In this document: positions 1 to 12,700 of the stretch, piece after piece
Position numbering within the stretch: position 1 is the first letter of the stretch
Layout: every line of letters begins with the position of its first letter
Assembly (NCBI GenBank): GCA_030429145.1
Contig: JAUIDC010000001.1
Span: 480,001-512,000, forward strand
Direction: 5' to 3'
Origin: Candidatus Saccharimonadota bacterium
GTDB lineage: Bacteria > Patescibacteriota > Gracilibacteria > Absconditabacterales > Absconditicoccaceae
DNA length: 32,000 bases
The notes under the pieces: generated by a model
Told to the model about the DNA's origin: nothing
The model's input: the letters and a program-made list of their open reading frames with translations, nothing else
The model's database searches: none
Translations under genes and position numbers: made by a program

Positions 1-368
1 GCAAGAAGAAACCTTGGCAGTACTTTTTTTAGTTCAAATGCGTCTTTGCTGAAAAACGATTTGAGAATGCCCGCAAGAAAGAGAAATCACAGTATGAAGT
101 TTGCTATGTTCTTCATATAGTTCCATAGCTTAAAGAGAGCGCTATCGAGATGGATGAATGTACCATAGATGAAATCATTGGACATAAGCTTCCCTGCGAG
201 AAATGCGAGGAGCATCCATCCCCATGAAAGAACCTTTACTATGGCATTAAAGATTTCAACAGACCATGATACTGCAGGATCTCACTCGGCGGCAAAAGCT
301 GGATGTATCCAGAAGAGACATCCTAGTCAGATTAGTATAACTAACGCTTTTGCGTGCTGTTTCATCAT
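1..368 (-). CDS. N-terminal part of a polytopic membrane protein that runs off the left edge; paralog of the N-terminus of 371..2965; translated with UGA=Gly
   Basis: ATG at 366-368 lies 2 nt after the TAA of the upstream gene. Reads MMKQHAKALVILI[TGA]LGCLFWIHPAFAAE[TGA]DPAVSW...HLDSALFKLWNYMKNIANFIL[TGA]FLFLAGILK. It aligns with ...QLDSALFTFWNIVKNFANFAL[TGA]FLFLRSILK in the neighbouring gene, with TGA at the same column. It has 3 in-frame TGA and no TAA/TAG. Confidence 0.6.
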
Positions 369-370
369 GA

Positions 371-2965
371 TTATTGGTTTGTTGTGTTAGTAGTATTGTT
401 TGCGTTGTTGTCTTTATCTTTGTTTGTGTTGTTAGTGTTTTGTTTATTATTGTTGTTATTTTGAGATTGATCGTCTGCATTATCTGCGCCATCATTAGCA
501 GATTTGTTGTCGTCAGCAGCAGTCTTATTTAACCATGTGCTAAATGGAGTAGCTAGAGTTGTGTTGTCTGGTTTCATCTTCTTCATTGTCTCTTTATCTA
601 TAGTAGGAAGGAGTGACTCCCAAGAAGCCTCGTCTGTATAGTTTGTCTTAGCACTATTGCCTTTCTTTTGCGATACGAAACCATCTTTCGTCATAGTATA
701 GGTTGTGCCATCGGGCATGACGAATGATTTATCTTTTAGCTCTCCTTGCGCTGTGGCCTGGCTTGCTTCCGCTGCAACCTGGTCGATTTTGACAGTGATG
801 TCATCCTTTATGTCGTCTCTACCAGTATAGAAGTCTTTGATCTGCTGTGCGGTGAGTCCTGCGCCTCCAGCTGCGAGAGGAGTTGCGAGATATCTGACGA
901 AATCATCGTTTTGGAATGCCTCGTTTACGCTCTTGAAAGGACCAATCTTTCTTGTTTCAGCAATTTTGTTTACGAGGTCCAGACTCGGCTGTCCGTATTG
1001 GCTCAGGTCGAGCTGATTACCTTGGAGAGTAATACCTGCATTGGATGCATTGTAGAGAGCTCCTGTCGGTCATACGAGCGACCCGATTTGCTTGTTCACG
1101 TCGGCGTTTGTTTTGATGCCAGCAATAGCGCTTTTAATCTGAGCCTGTCATTTACTCTTCTGATCGGTAAATGTACCCTGGAAGATGTTTTCAATAGTAG
1201 GGGAAACAACCGTTCTTGCATTTTCCTCTGAAGCTCTTTCGATCTGATTTCCGATCTTTGAGGTTGTGTTTTTCAGTGCTGCGATACTTGTTCCACCTCC
1301 GATAGGGATGATTTCTGCCGTAGAGACAGCATTGGTGGCAACTTTTTCTAGGCTGTTTACTACGCCTCCAGTAAACGATGTGCTCTTCATCGCTGTCATG
1401 ACGATCGTCCACATGAGTCCGGTTCCGAAGATGTTGAGGATAAGCCATGGAAAGAAGTCGAGCATACCTGACACACCAAGATCCTGCGAAGGATTGTCGA
1501 TACAAAGCGTCGTAACAACAAGATTGATACAGGTCTTGTTGTTTTCGTTGAATGTGTTCATGCCTACGTCTTCTAGGCTGTTTCCCTTTGTAAGTCATTC
1601 GCTGAGTACTGAAAGGAAGACGATACTAATACTGATGGCAAACGTAACGATCACAGGAAGGAAGATCATTGCAAGAGCGTTTTTTACTGCGAATTTATCA
1701 TAGTTCTTTCCGATTTTACTAAGACTAAATCAAAATACTTCACTGAGTACCAATACTGGCGAGAAAGCGATTGTGATCCAGAGGATAGCAATTCTAATGA
1801 TGAGTATCACACACAGTATGAGTAGTGGAACAAGATATGCGATACCTATGATAGCTTTAATGATAGACTCCATAGTCATGGCTCCTATCGACTTGTTGAC
1901 GTTGACATGGATACTTCCAAGGTTGAGAAGACTACCGTAGAGCGTGTAGAAAGCGCCTTGGTATCCTTTAGATTTTTGTACGATACTTGAAATGTTCTGA
2001 CACTGATTGAATGCATCATTACAGTTGTTTTTATCAAGAAAGTCTTCTTGTGACTCATCGAGGAGTCTCTTGAGCTCTGGCGATCCAGAGATGATCTTGT
2101 CGCTATCTTGTACAATAGAAAAACTGAGGACATTGTTCCCGAACATACAGTAGTTCTGGTTGATATTATCCCAGGTAACATCGGTGTTTCCAACTTGTCT
2201 TCCAGTCGTGGTTACTCCATATGCGGATGCCCACTCGTCACCTCTGAGAAGTTTTTGGTTTTTCACTGCACAAGGGAGGTAGTATTCTCCTTCCGTTGTC
2301 GGGTAGGTATAGAGGATAACAAATCCTTTGTCGGCGGTCAGCGAGTTTCCAACGTCAGAGACTTTCAGATTTGTTTTTGCCCCAAATACTGGCTTTTTAC
2401 CGACCTCTTCTTGTCTGACAAGCTGCAAAGGTAGTCCGCCAACACCGATAGTTGCGACAGTTGATAGGTCGATGAGCGCTCCCATCACGAACCAACTTGC
2501 TTGGATACCAATACCAGCAATAAGAAGCTTTGATATCATTCCCATAGGGTTGGTCGCTTTGCTTCAGAAGTTGAAAATATATTTCAGTATGGACCGTAAA
2601 AAGAGGAATCACAAAGCAAAGTTAGCAAAGTTTTTAACGATATTCCAGAAGGTGAAGAGTGCTGAATCAAGTTGAAAATAGCTTCCATAGACAAGTCCAT
2701 TGTCGAGTGCGAGGCCTGCTAGCATCAGTAGTGGCCACATGAAAATATAGATCACCTTGAGGATGACCTCTAGCGTATCTGCGAACTCTTTTTGGCTATC
2801 TACATCGCTTGTGGTCGTTTGGCTACCCGTTGCAGCGTACACTACGGGGCCGTTGTGTACCACTTGCCCTTGATGGTTTTGTTGTAAAGGCACAAAAAAA
2901 GTAGCCAGTCCGACCATACCAGCGAGGAGATACTTCGTTCGTTTTTTTATTGTGTTTTTGTGCAT
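371..2965 (-). CDS. 864-aa polytopic membrane protein with a large extracytoplasmic loop and an Asn/Thr/Lys-rich C-terminal tail; topology resembles VirB6/TrbL but the family is not recognised
   Basis: Track ORFs 2609..2965, 1730..2545, 1148..1561 and 371..718 share one frame. I read the gaps 2546-2608, 1562-1729 and 719-1147 codon by codon and the only stops are TGA (2609, 2564, 1730, 1595, 1148, 1070). The true stop is TAA at 371-373. It has an N-terminal signal/anchor (MHKNTIKKRTKYLLAGMVGLATFFVPL), several hydrophobic segments, a central hydrophilic loop of about 190 aa, and a low-complexity tail (NNNNNKQNTNNTNKDKDNN). Confidence 0.75.
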
Positions 2966-3041
2966 TATGGCAATGCTGTTTGATAAAGAAATAGCTCTTT
3001 ATCAATTATAGGGAAGGGTGCCCCTAAACACGAAAATTAAC

Positions 3042-4256
3042 TTATGAAAGGATGTTTAACTCGTCTAATAGTTTGCGATATTTGTCAAAATCCTCTCATG
3101 TTCTTGACTTAATAAAATCTTTAACGATAATCTTTCGATCAACCAAACTCTCCTGGAGATTTTTTTGTGCGATTTCGAGCGTAAATGACATGTCTCCCGA
3201 GTAGTGAGATTTTCTCTTTAACGCCACATCTTTGACAGTGTGTAGCAGATTTGGCTCGATGTGTGTTTGGAGCTCATCGTAGCTGATAGACTCGGAAAGT
3301 ACTGTCAGATGGGTCTGAGCAAGAGTATAGTCGGAAAATGAGAGTGAAATGTCTCGTTTCCCACTAAAATTCTTTGCAATATTCTCGTCGATAGATTTTC
3401 TATGTTCTAAGATCTTATTTGCATTGAGATGTTCATCTTTTGCCAGAGCAACTACTATATATGGGTTTATTGCTACCTGTTTTGCCGTTATCTTGTTGGT
3501 TTCGCCATCCCAGCGAAACAGAAATTTATGGTGGTCTTGTTCCAGTGGTGATGTATACCAGATACTACCCGTACAGAGGTAGTTTTTATAGGCAAAAGGC
3601 ATATGGATGTGCCCTGAAATCAGCTGGATGTTCTCATTGTCTAAGAGTGCTGGGCTCAATGCAATATCCTTGTAGTCAAAAATGGCTTGCTGCCCAGGAA
3701 ATTTCGTGTCAGCGATATAATAGTGATGAATGATGGTTAACTGTTTATATTTTCTTATATACTCTTCTAAAATGATATTAATTTCACCACTTAAACGTTC
3801 ATTATTATTCTTCGACGAAAGTAGTGTCTTCAATGTGTCGTTTATCTTTTCTGAATCTTTTTCTTGAGAAGGGGTAATGTGTTTTGTAAATGGGAAAAAA
3901 AGAATCTCTTTCCCTTCCACAGTATGCACCTCTGGCGAAGTGATAAAACGAAGTATGTTTCCACCTTGATCTGGTAGCATATCAGCGATCTTTTTTCCCT
4001 CAGCGTAGACAAACTGTTGCCCGATCCAGTCATGATTTCCGGCGAGAATATAGAGACTTTTGCCTTTTTTCCGGAGCTCTAAGAAAAGGTCAAATAGCGC
4101 TGCTAGAGCCTTGCGGTCATAACTAAACATGTACATATAATCTCCCATGAAAATGAGGTTTTTTTCTTCCGGAAAACTGTCGACATAGTGCTTAATAGCG
4201 TCGATGATGGCGTGTGTATGTTTTGTTGTGATGTGTATGTCTCCTATGAGTAGCAT
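3042..4256 (-). CDS. Calcineurin-like metallophosphoesterase (Mre11/SbcD-type motif set), 404 aa under UGA=Gly
   Basis: Motifs present: LLIGDIHI (DxH), FMGDYMYM (GD), LAGNHDW (GNHD) and SGHIHMP (GHxH). The preferred start is MLLIGDIH at 4254-4256, because the longer track ORF start would overlap the upstream gene. The track ORF ends at TGA 3096-3098. Reading through adds GEDFDKYRKLLDELNILS before TAA at 3042-3044. Confidence 0.8.
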
Positions 4257-4294
4257 AAGAGCACTATAATTATTGGGTAGAAAATATCTATATC

Positions 4295-6301
4295 TTATTG
4301 TCCTCTTTGTATTTTTTTCTCGAGATTTCCTGCTGTGGTATTGATGGCGTTCATAGTGTCGGCTACTTGTTGCCACAGGAGAGCATTTTGACTCATAAAG
4401 TCGCTAATGAGCGTTAACATGTCGTTGTTGAGCGTTTTTGCTAGGGTATATGGAAATGAAGGATCGAGAGTGTTCGTCTGTTCTGACGAAGCATAGAGTG
4501 AAAGATTGGTAGAAGCTTGCTGCTGTTTAACTGGATTTGGGAGAATGATATATTTGTTTCTTTCCTGACCAACAGGACTATCTATGTACCTTCCTTGGCG
4601 AGCGCGGTCAGCGATAGCCTGCTGCTGTGATTTCTGAGCATTTTCTTTGTCTTTGTAGAGATTTGAGTCATAGATTGGTTTGAAAGCGATATTCATATCA
4701 AATGAGAGGATTTGATTGAGTTTGATCTTCGAAAGGGATGTGTCGAGAAATTCAGTGCTTTTTGTGTGTTTCATCAGCTGCCCAGAGTTTTTGAGCGCTG
4801 TGAGCACTGCATTTATCTCATCGACAATCTCTTCGACAGTTTTGACGGTCTTTCATCCGATAACCTCGGTCTGTGCAGTCGGTACAGTACAGACGCTGAT
4901 ACCAAAGATGCCGTTGTCGCTGTACTTTGTCCCACACAGACACTGCGCTTGGCAGACAGCTTTGTCTGCAGGAGCCAGTCCATCACATCTTGATAAACAA
5001 GAGTTTGCAGTGCTGTTTGGGTCGTTAGTCGAGCCATTGTTGCTTGATCCATTTTGGTTAGCAGAGCTACCTAAATTGGCTACTGCTGCGCTTGTTGGGC
5101 TGTTTTGCTGTAAACTTGAAGATCTGAGTGTCTGAGCAAGCGCAGCTGGTGCATTTATGGCACTATTGTATGTGCTGAGAGCTGAGGCGAGATTTTGTGC
5201 CTCAACGATCTGATTAGTTGCAGTCTGTTCAGCGCTTATTGTCGGTTCTTGTGTTGATCCAACAGGAGTGACGCATACGAGGCTGTTTTGGGGATTTGCC
5301 CCTATTGATTGACTATTGCTACGCGTGCTGGTTGATGCGCCATTGGGACTACTTGTAGTAGTCGTGCCTTGTACCGTCTGATGGTAGTTTGAAAGTTGAT
5401 TGAGTGACTGCGTTGCAGATACTGAGACAGATGTACCGACACTGTTCGTAGAAACTGCTGTGCTTGAGCGAGTGGCGCTTACCCCTGCTGATTGAGTATT
5501 ACCAAATGTGATACCGGCGTTGGTAGTTCCACCATTGCCACTCGGATTGAAATACGTCGGTGAGCCTCCAGCTCATCACAGACCAGGGAAATCATAGAGT
5601 ATAACTTCAGGAGCTGCGGTATTTGACTTGAAGAGGACATCTCCGATCATTTGCATGTCTAACAGTAGATCAAATGGACTGTCGTCCAGTGAACCATTGT
5701 AGAAGATGTCGTCACCACGATTCGCTGCATCCATAGTATTTTTCTTGGCTGCAATACTTATCGTATTGGTAAATGCTTGTGAAACAACCTGTCTACAGTA
5801 CGTGTAGGCTTCCTGTGAGTAGTTATCGTTCAATTGAAACTCCTGAAAATCTTGTCATTTTGCGCACTGAGCGACTCTTACGCAGCTTCTGACAAGCTGA
5901 TCGTTGTCCACAGCAAAGCTTGGTTTGCCGGTATAACCCGCAAACGATGCATTGAGTATTGGATCGCTAGCTGCGATAGTAGAAATGTCTGACGAACTGA
6001 GAGAGCATTCGTATTGTGCATTGAGGTTGTCTGCGACGCTTGAAAATGCCTCAGAGATAGAGCCTAGGGTGTTTTTTCTGGCGAGTGAGTAGGCCTGATC
6101 GTATATATTTCCTCACTGTGCGAGCGATTTGGTGAGAGCAGAAAAATCTTCTTCTTGGCTACGAAGATAGGCCTGTTGGATCAGTGTATCAACGGGGAGT
6201 ACAGAGACTGCATATATATAATGTGGAGCTACAAGAAAACTACCAATCGCAATGATGGTGAACAAGCTGTATGAGAGAAGGGTTTTGCGTGATAGTTTCA
6301 T
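4295..6301 (-). CDS. 668-aa secreted or anchored protein of unknown family, with a central Ser/Thr/Asn/Gly/Ala-rich low-complexity region and a Cys cluster
   Basis: Track ORFs 6113..6301, 5576..5833 and 4295..4807 share one frame. Gaps 5834-6112 and 4808-5575, read codon by codon, contain only TGA stops (6113, 5855, 5576, 5573, 4853). The true stop is TAA at 4295-4297. N-terminal hydrophobic segment: MKLSRKTLLSYSLFTIIAIGSFLVAPHYIYA. Cys cluster: CLSRCDGLAPADKAVCQAQCLCG. Confidence 0.75.
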
Positions 6302-6327
6302 GAGCCTTGCAAGAGATAAAGAGCATG

Positions 6328-7479
6328 TTATTGTTTTTGTTGTACATTTCTTAGTTTGTAGTAGAGTTGGTGTATTGGTGTGTAGATACGGAGTAATGAC
6401 TTCCTAAAGGCTATAATATCCTCATAATAGGCAAGTAGCCCAATATGGATAGGAAAGGCAGCCTGCATGTTTTGGAGCGTTTTCTCGGTAAATGCGACTG
6501 CTTCCTCACTGAGAGCAACTTCTTGCCTGAGGCGCATCCTTTCCTGGTCTGCTTCCATAGATGTGTCACTATAAGCGCGGAATTTGTTGTATGCTGGGAA
6601 TTGGAGCTGTTCGATGGTTATAGTAATGAATAGTTTGTAGAAAAGCAGTTCATTGTAGAGGAGATTGTGGAAAGACTCTCGAGAACTTGTGTTGAGGTTG
6701 CTGTTGTCAAAGGCACAGACGAGGAACTCTTTTGATGTCTCAGTACATTTTTTCCCCTGTGCTGTCAATAGTCTTCACGCATCGACATAGTTGGTCTGCT
6801 CTGTAAGTGTTTGTGCTTGTTGGATGAACTGTGCAAGGACATTACGTGTTTGTGGATGGAGACAAGGAGCCTCTTTTTCAGATCCTTGCGTTGCTCCAAG
6901 ATAGGTGACATTTTTGCTACCACAGATGCTATCACCAGGTCCAAAATAGGTATCTGAGAATGCCTTAATAGCTTCGTCAATAGATCATTCCTGGTAGCTA
7001 TAGAGCTGAGCGAGCTTTATCTTGCTGAGATCATTCATGACGATGGCAAAGAGCTGAGGGAAGAAGCTAGCAAGATCACATGAGGTCATGTCTCCATCTC
7101 GTTTGCAACCCGCAATCTTTTCTTGCTCTCGGTCAAAGGAGTTTGCATATTGCTTTGCTAGCTCAGATTGCTCGCTGTGGGTACAAAGTATGCTAAGAAA
7201 GAGAGATTGCTTTGGATCATAGTAGAGCCCTGGTGCTGCCGGATCGGTAAATCCTTGTGCCTCGGCCGTTGCCTCACAGTAGGCTTCTATCAGTCACTGT
7301 CTCGATGTATTCCCTTCGAGTCCTAACGACACATTGGTCATAAGGTTGTTCACGAAACCCTCTTTTGTGGTGTCTTCTGAGTATCCTTTTGGTACATTGC
7401 TGAAAACAACTGCGCTTGCGAGTGCAAGAGTAGCGATGCATAGTGTACTCATAAAGATAATCTTCTGACGTTTGTGCAT
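6328..7479 (-). CDS. 383-aa signal-peptide protein, largely helical with several Cys, family not recognised
   Basis: Starts MHKRQKIIFMSTLCIATLALASAVVF. Track ORFs 7294..7479 and 6328..6768 are in frame. Gap 6769-7293 read codon by codon has TGA only (7294, 6985, 6775). The stop is TAA at 6328-6330. Confidence 0.75.
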
Positions 7480-7496
7480 GGTCTCTTATAAATATA

Positions 7497-8867
7497 CTAA
7501 TAATAACATGTTCCTCAAAGGTTACTACATTGATTTTCGCAGGCTTTCCCCAGATTTTGTGTGATACTCTTTGCTTTCTGTGCATCACCAATAATGTTGA
7601 TGGCTCCATAGACAACAATGCTTGTACGTGGCATCTCTCTGGTGATTACCAGTGGATCTGCTAGTACATGGGCTTGCCGTGAGGACTTGCTCTGTGCAAG
7701 GGTCGTGTTGACGTCGGAGAGAAGCGCAGTGTAAAGACTTTCTGATGCGCGTCTTGTGGCAAAGTCAGGAGTTTCAATATCAAAGAGTGATCTGGATGGT
7801 AATGTAATGGCGCTCGCTTCGTTGTCGTTTTTTGTATAGAACTCTTTGACGTCGTTGATTTCACGAGCGAAGCTATTGCCGAGGCGTTGCATGCTGTTTG
7901 CCAGTGCTGAGACGCCTTCTCTGTTGGCGTAAGGTCACTCTATGCCATAGAGGTTTCTGAGAAGGTCATTTTGTTTTTCTCTAAAGCCGAGGTCTTGGCA
8001 CTTAACACTTGATTGCTTTGCAAATGCACATTTTAGTCTTTCGAGCGATGTCTTGATGGTGTCGACAGCTTCCTTTGTGTCGTCCTTCGCTCCATCTCGC
8101 GTCTCTGAGACGTTCTGACCAAATCTCTTATAGGTATCGTCACACTTGTTGATACCTCTGGTACATGCATATTCTTCTTGAAGGGATTCATAATTGATGC
8201 TTGTCAGGCTTATACCCAATTTCTCTCCATGTTTTTCCATAAACACATTGAATCCGTTGGTATTGCCTCCGGCAATGAACCTCTTGTATGCTTGATTGAG
8301 ATCCCGTAGGGCAGCCATGATTTCTGAAGCCGAACTGGTCGGTTCACCTACCACCTCTATAAATGCGTCTTCCTGATCTCCGTATTTATTGAGTACTTCA
8401 GTAATTCTTTGTCTATAGTCTTGAATGTTACGAATGAACGCTCACGCTTGTCACAAGTCAAAAAGTGTATCGGCAATATCTTGATCCAGTTGATCGAGTT
8501 TCTCTCGGTCTCTCATCAGGGCCTTTGAGTTGGTCATCACAGCGAGTTCTTGGCGGACACTTGAGGTCACTATCTGTGTTCCGATGGTTCCCATAAGAAC
8601 ATTGAATGTAACAGCAGTTTGTCCCTTCTGATTGAGGTTGTTTGCGATACGGGTAAGAACGTCAGTGTCTGTGCTTTGCTGGATATTTGTTTGTCTCTCA
8701 TTTGCTACTGTCTGTAGCGTTTGTATCATATCGTATGAAAAATCTATGTATTGATCAATAACGGGTGAAGTACTGGCACATCTCAAACATTGTTCTGCAG
8801 CAAAAGCTGGGGCAGTCAGCCCGATGAGTCAGAGTACACTTACTACAGCTATTGCTCGTTTTTTCAT
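7497..8867 (-). CDS. 456-aa signal-peptide protein, family not recognised
   Basis: Starts MKKRAIAVVSVL[TGA]LIGLTAPAFAAEQC. Track ORFs 8451..8786, 7935..8354 and 7515..7892 share one frame. The gaps contain TGA only (8829, 8451, 8442, 7935, 7515). The stop is TAG at 7497-7499, after ...CSNL[TGA]GTCYY. Confidence 0.75.
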
Positions 8868-8888
8868 AGAGAGAGTATGAGATAAAGA

Positions 8889-9740
8889 TTAGTTTGAACA
8901 CATTCTTGTCCCTTCTTGCACTTTTCCGTTAACTGATGAGAAGGTTTCATTGATACGAGAGAATTTATCTATGAGTGTTGCCCGTCTTGTTTCGAGAAGG
9001 TAACTTTTTGTATATGTTTCCCAGACATTGGTCATGAGAGTGTTACTTTTTCTTACCATGAGTGTTTGTATGTATGTCATTTCATCTTCGATGCGTCTTT
9101 TTGCGAGATCTTCACATCAAGCGAGGTTGTAGCGAGAGTCGAGATCACTAGTCGTTACAAAGAACTTACTTGTGACGCAAGCTGCTTGTCTACATACCGC
9201 CGTATATCTTGTTGCGAGATCAAGATCACCGTAGTTTTCTATCTGGCAAGTGTTGTTGTTGATGCGAGCTTTGTATCGGCCTGCTGGGTCCCGTACTTGT
9301 AGAAATGTATTTTGTAGGCTTACGGGAGCATTTCATTTTCCATCGTCTTCTCGTTCTTTGAGCTTTGTTGCCCATTCGTCTCCTTTCGAGTCTTTGCTAT
9401 CACCAAGTTGATCATCAAGTTTGAAGAATCATCTACTCACAAGATGGTCAAAGATATATGGGCTTTCTGCGTTGCTAGTGTTTTGTGTCGGTCCTTCACA
9501 CTCGTTTACGATGGATCCTATCTGACAGCAATATGATTTCAGATCTGCCAGCGCTCCTTCAAGGTCATCGCTACTCAGTGGATTAACAGTAGTAACATTG
9601 ATAGAGCTGAGCGGGTTGAAGTTCTCATTTGCTACCAAGCTACAATCATACAAAATATCAGCACTCGCAAAACTGCTGGCGATGGCCAGTCCTACGAGAG
9701 AGATAGATCAAACTGCTTTATAAAGCATCTGTCTTTGCAT
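8889..9740 (-). CDS. 283-aa signal-peptide, Cys-containing protein, family not recognised
   Basis: Starts MQRQMLYKAV[TGA]SISLVGLAIASSFASA, 5 nt after the giant gene's TAA. Track ORFs 9429..9653 and 8889..9080 are in frame. Gap 9081-9428 has TGA only (9333, 9117; also 9708 and 9429). The stop is TAA at 8889-8891. Confidence 0.75.
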
Positions 9741-9745
9741 GATTT

Positions 9746-12700
9746 TTATGGAAGGGGCTCTGGAATAAAACGAGTAGTCGCGACTTCCGTTCCTTGGCGG
9801 TCATAGAAGGCAATAGTGATAGCGTTGTCGTTGTATGAGTAGGTTCCAGTAAATTCATTTTTATATGAGTCAGATATCCAGATGGTTCCTTGTGTTCCAA
9901 TATAGATCTGGCATTGTTCTTGTTTGTCTGCGATACAAGTACCATTGCTAAACGTCTGACCATATCAGTCGTCTAGTTTTTTCTGTCATCGATTTGCTGT
10001 ATCGGTAATAGTAGTGTTTAGAGCACTCTTTCCTTTGAGGATTAGAGAGAAGAGGACTTTGCCAGTCGTTTTCTCTTTGAGGAGAATGGTCGGCGTATTA
10101 GATGTAAACACTACCTGTATATCTATAGCTCATTTGAATGCATCATCAAGAGATATTTCACCAGTGTTTTTGTCGATAGTACCAATGCGTTCTCCTTTGT
10201 CATTGTGGAGTGCAAGTCTATTGTCTTTAATGAATACTCATCCTTGTAGCTGTTGTTGGTTGAACCCAAGAGGGAAGAGCGAAAGAACATTCTTCCCTGT
10301 ATCTACGCCAGTAAGGAGTGATCGTATTCCACCCCTCTCTCTTTCGAAGATCACCTTGCTGTTGTCGAGACCTTCTGAGATGGCTGTATCTATGGTGCTA
10401 GTCGTGTCACTTGGACGGTCGACATTGGTGATAGTTATCTCAGGTTCTTTCCATGATATATTGATATTGCTTGATGCAACATTTCCTTGGTTGTCTGTTG
10501 CAGAAATAGTGAGCACCTCACTGTTGGAGTTATATCTGAGAGAGTTAATGGTCGTTCTTGGTCCTGCTGCTGTTTGGGTGTTTCCATTTGGGAAGATGAC
10601 TGTATTGTTTTTCACTCCACTGTCATCTGACCATTCGATAGCAAGCGAATAGTTATTACCAATAACTGGTTGTAGATTTAATCCGTTTGCTTCGACATCT
10701 CCATTTTGAGACCTGATAAGAGAGACTGTTGCAACAGGTCAGAGGTTATCTCCTGCTGCCTGGATACCTGCTGCTTCCTGATGAGATCGTGCTGAGTTTT
10801 TCTCTAGTAGAGTAGCCGTTCTTCCAAGTGATCTACTACCAAGTTTTGCAACAGAGAGATATTGCCATGCTCTTGGTAGATCTGTAAGAGTCAGACCGAT
10901 AGTGTCGTCGTTGCTGTCAAAGTAGGTCACACGGAGTACGCTACCATTGTTGATAAGGTCGCTTACTCTCTTTTGACCGCCGAGTAGTTCATCATAGAGG
11001 AAGAGTCCATCGAGATTCGTTCCTGATGCGAGGACGAGTACATATTTTGTATTGCTTCTATTGAGAGCATGAGAGAATCTATGATGCACTTTGTCGGTAA
11101 GTTGTACAACATATCCTACGGCACTATTGTTGTCCCATCCTAATGTGATAGTGTCGAAGCTCTGTCCTGCCACGTTGAATCCTTGAGGAGCAGTGTGTTC
11201 ATCTCGTAGCTTAAATGTACTACCTGCTACGTTGAGCCATCCACCTCTTCTTACCTCGTCAGCAAGATCACTAGGCGATTCAAATGAAGGAGTGCGATAG
11301 AGACGAGTAAATCTTGTGGTCGATTGATCTTTTTCTGGGTCTGCATACTTTATCCAGATTTGTTTGCTATCCCATAAGATGATGTCTTCTTTTGCATCAC
11401 CATTGAGGTCATTGCGTATCTGATTTTGTTGTAGTGTATCTATGATGTCCTCTCTGTTGACGACGTTGACCATGTCACCATCCGTATTTTCGACGAAAAC
11501 TCATTTGATATACTGGCTAATGTCTGCCTGAGCGGTTCCTGCATTTGTGCTTCATCCATGTCATGATGGGTTACCAGAGCTATTGGCTGCGAGCAGTATA
11601 GGTTCCTTTTTGTCGTCTATCACTTCTAGTCCCGCATTGACAGCTCCTAGTGTGCGTGAGACATATTGTTTGGTTTCATTGTAGGTGAGGAGTGACATAT
11701 TGAGTTCTTCAGGAGAACGAGTAGCAAGAGCATGCGAGAATCCTTCCATAACTTTCTTATTGAGTTTCAGATAGCTTGTTGTTGGATGAGGCTCTGTCTT
11801 CACTGTGTCGATAAGTTGGTGATTTGCATTGAAGAATGCAGAACTCAATGTCTTGTTGTCCGTGTTGTCGCTCACGAGAGTTGTTTGCAGAGAGTCTATA
11901 AAGAGATCGTAGTCATTTATTATCTTTTCCTGTATCTCACCAATTTCTTTCTTTTTCTCATCTACTATATTTTCTGCTTGCTGACGTATGGCCTCAATAC
12001 CCTCTATATTCATCTTCACCTCTGAAGGTGTGTTGAGGAATGCAATGACCTGATCAAGCTGCACTTGTCTTTCCATCGATGTGTCTACATCACGTAGTGC
12101 ATGTAGTTGAGTGAGGAGATCCTGACGTCAGTCGGTTGTGTTGTCGTACGAGAGATCTCGTCTTTGTGGTCGAGCGAAACCTTGTAGATTGATGTTTCCA
12201 TTGAGATTTCACTGATCAACAGTGTTTTGTAGAGTGTTGCTTATGTCTCCAGCTTCTGCAGAGAGCTCACCGATGTTCTCGCTAACGACATTGGTAAATA
12301 CTTCATTTGTCTTGCCATTGATCTGATCAGCAAATGCTGCGAGGATGTCGTAGATCTCATCAAAGTTAAGTTGCATATTGATATAGGTATCTATCTCAAT
12401 ATCGAAGCCTCTCAGAGGTGGGGTAATTCTTGTGACACTGAGACTATCAAACGGTTCCACAGATCGGCTTCTTTGCGTCATCTGTTCTATCCTTGTTTTC
12501 ACTCCCTTCTCAGCTACCAGTCCAATACCTCATTTCACGATACAGAAGACCTTGGCGATAAATTCAGCCACTTTCAGTGTTTGTTGAATTTGTGGAGCTA
12601 TCTTTGGTATACGAGGTGCCGGAGGCAGTGTCGGTAGATTAAGCTCGATGTTTGGTATAAATGATGGAAGTTCTGGTAGTGTCGGTGGCATAGGAAGTAC

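Noticed and set aside
4257-4376. The longer N-terminal extension of the metallophosphoesterase ORF (MATSSRHYERHQYHSRKSREKNTKR...).
   Set aside because: It overlaps the 3' end of the upstream gene (stop at 4295-4297). The conserved motif I (MLLIGDIH) lies right at the internal Met at 4256, as expected for this family.
10014-10652. Plus-strand ORF of 212 aa. Similar plus-strand ORFs lie at 746..1231, 1266..1703, 14063..14515, 19700..20128 and 22937..23467.
   Set aside because: All lie antisense inside the long minus-strand genes. Their translations are hydrophobic or Cys/Ser/Leu-rich junk typical of shadow ORFs, and they show no start context or homology.
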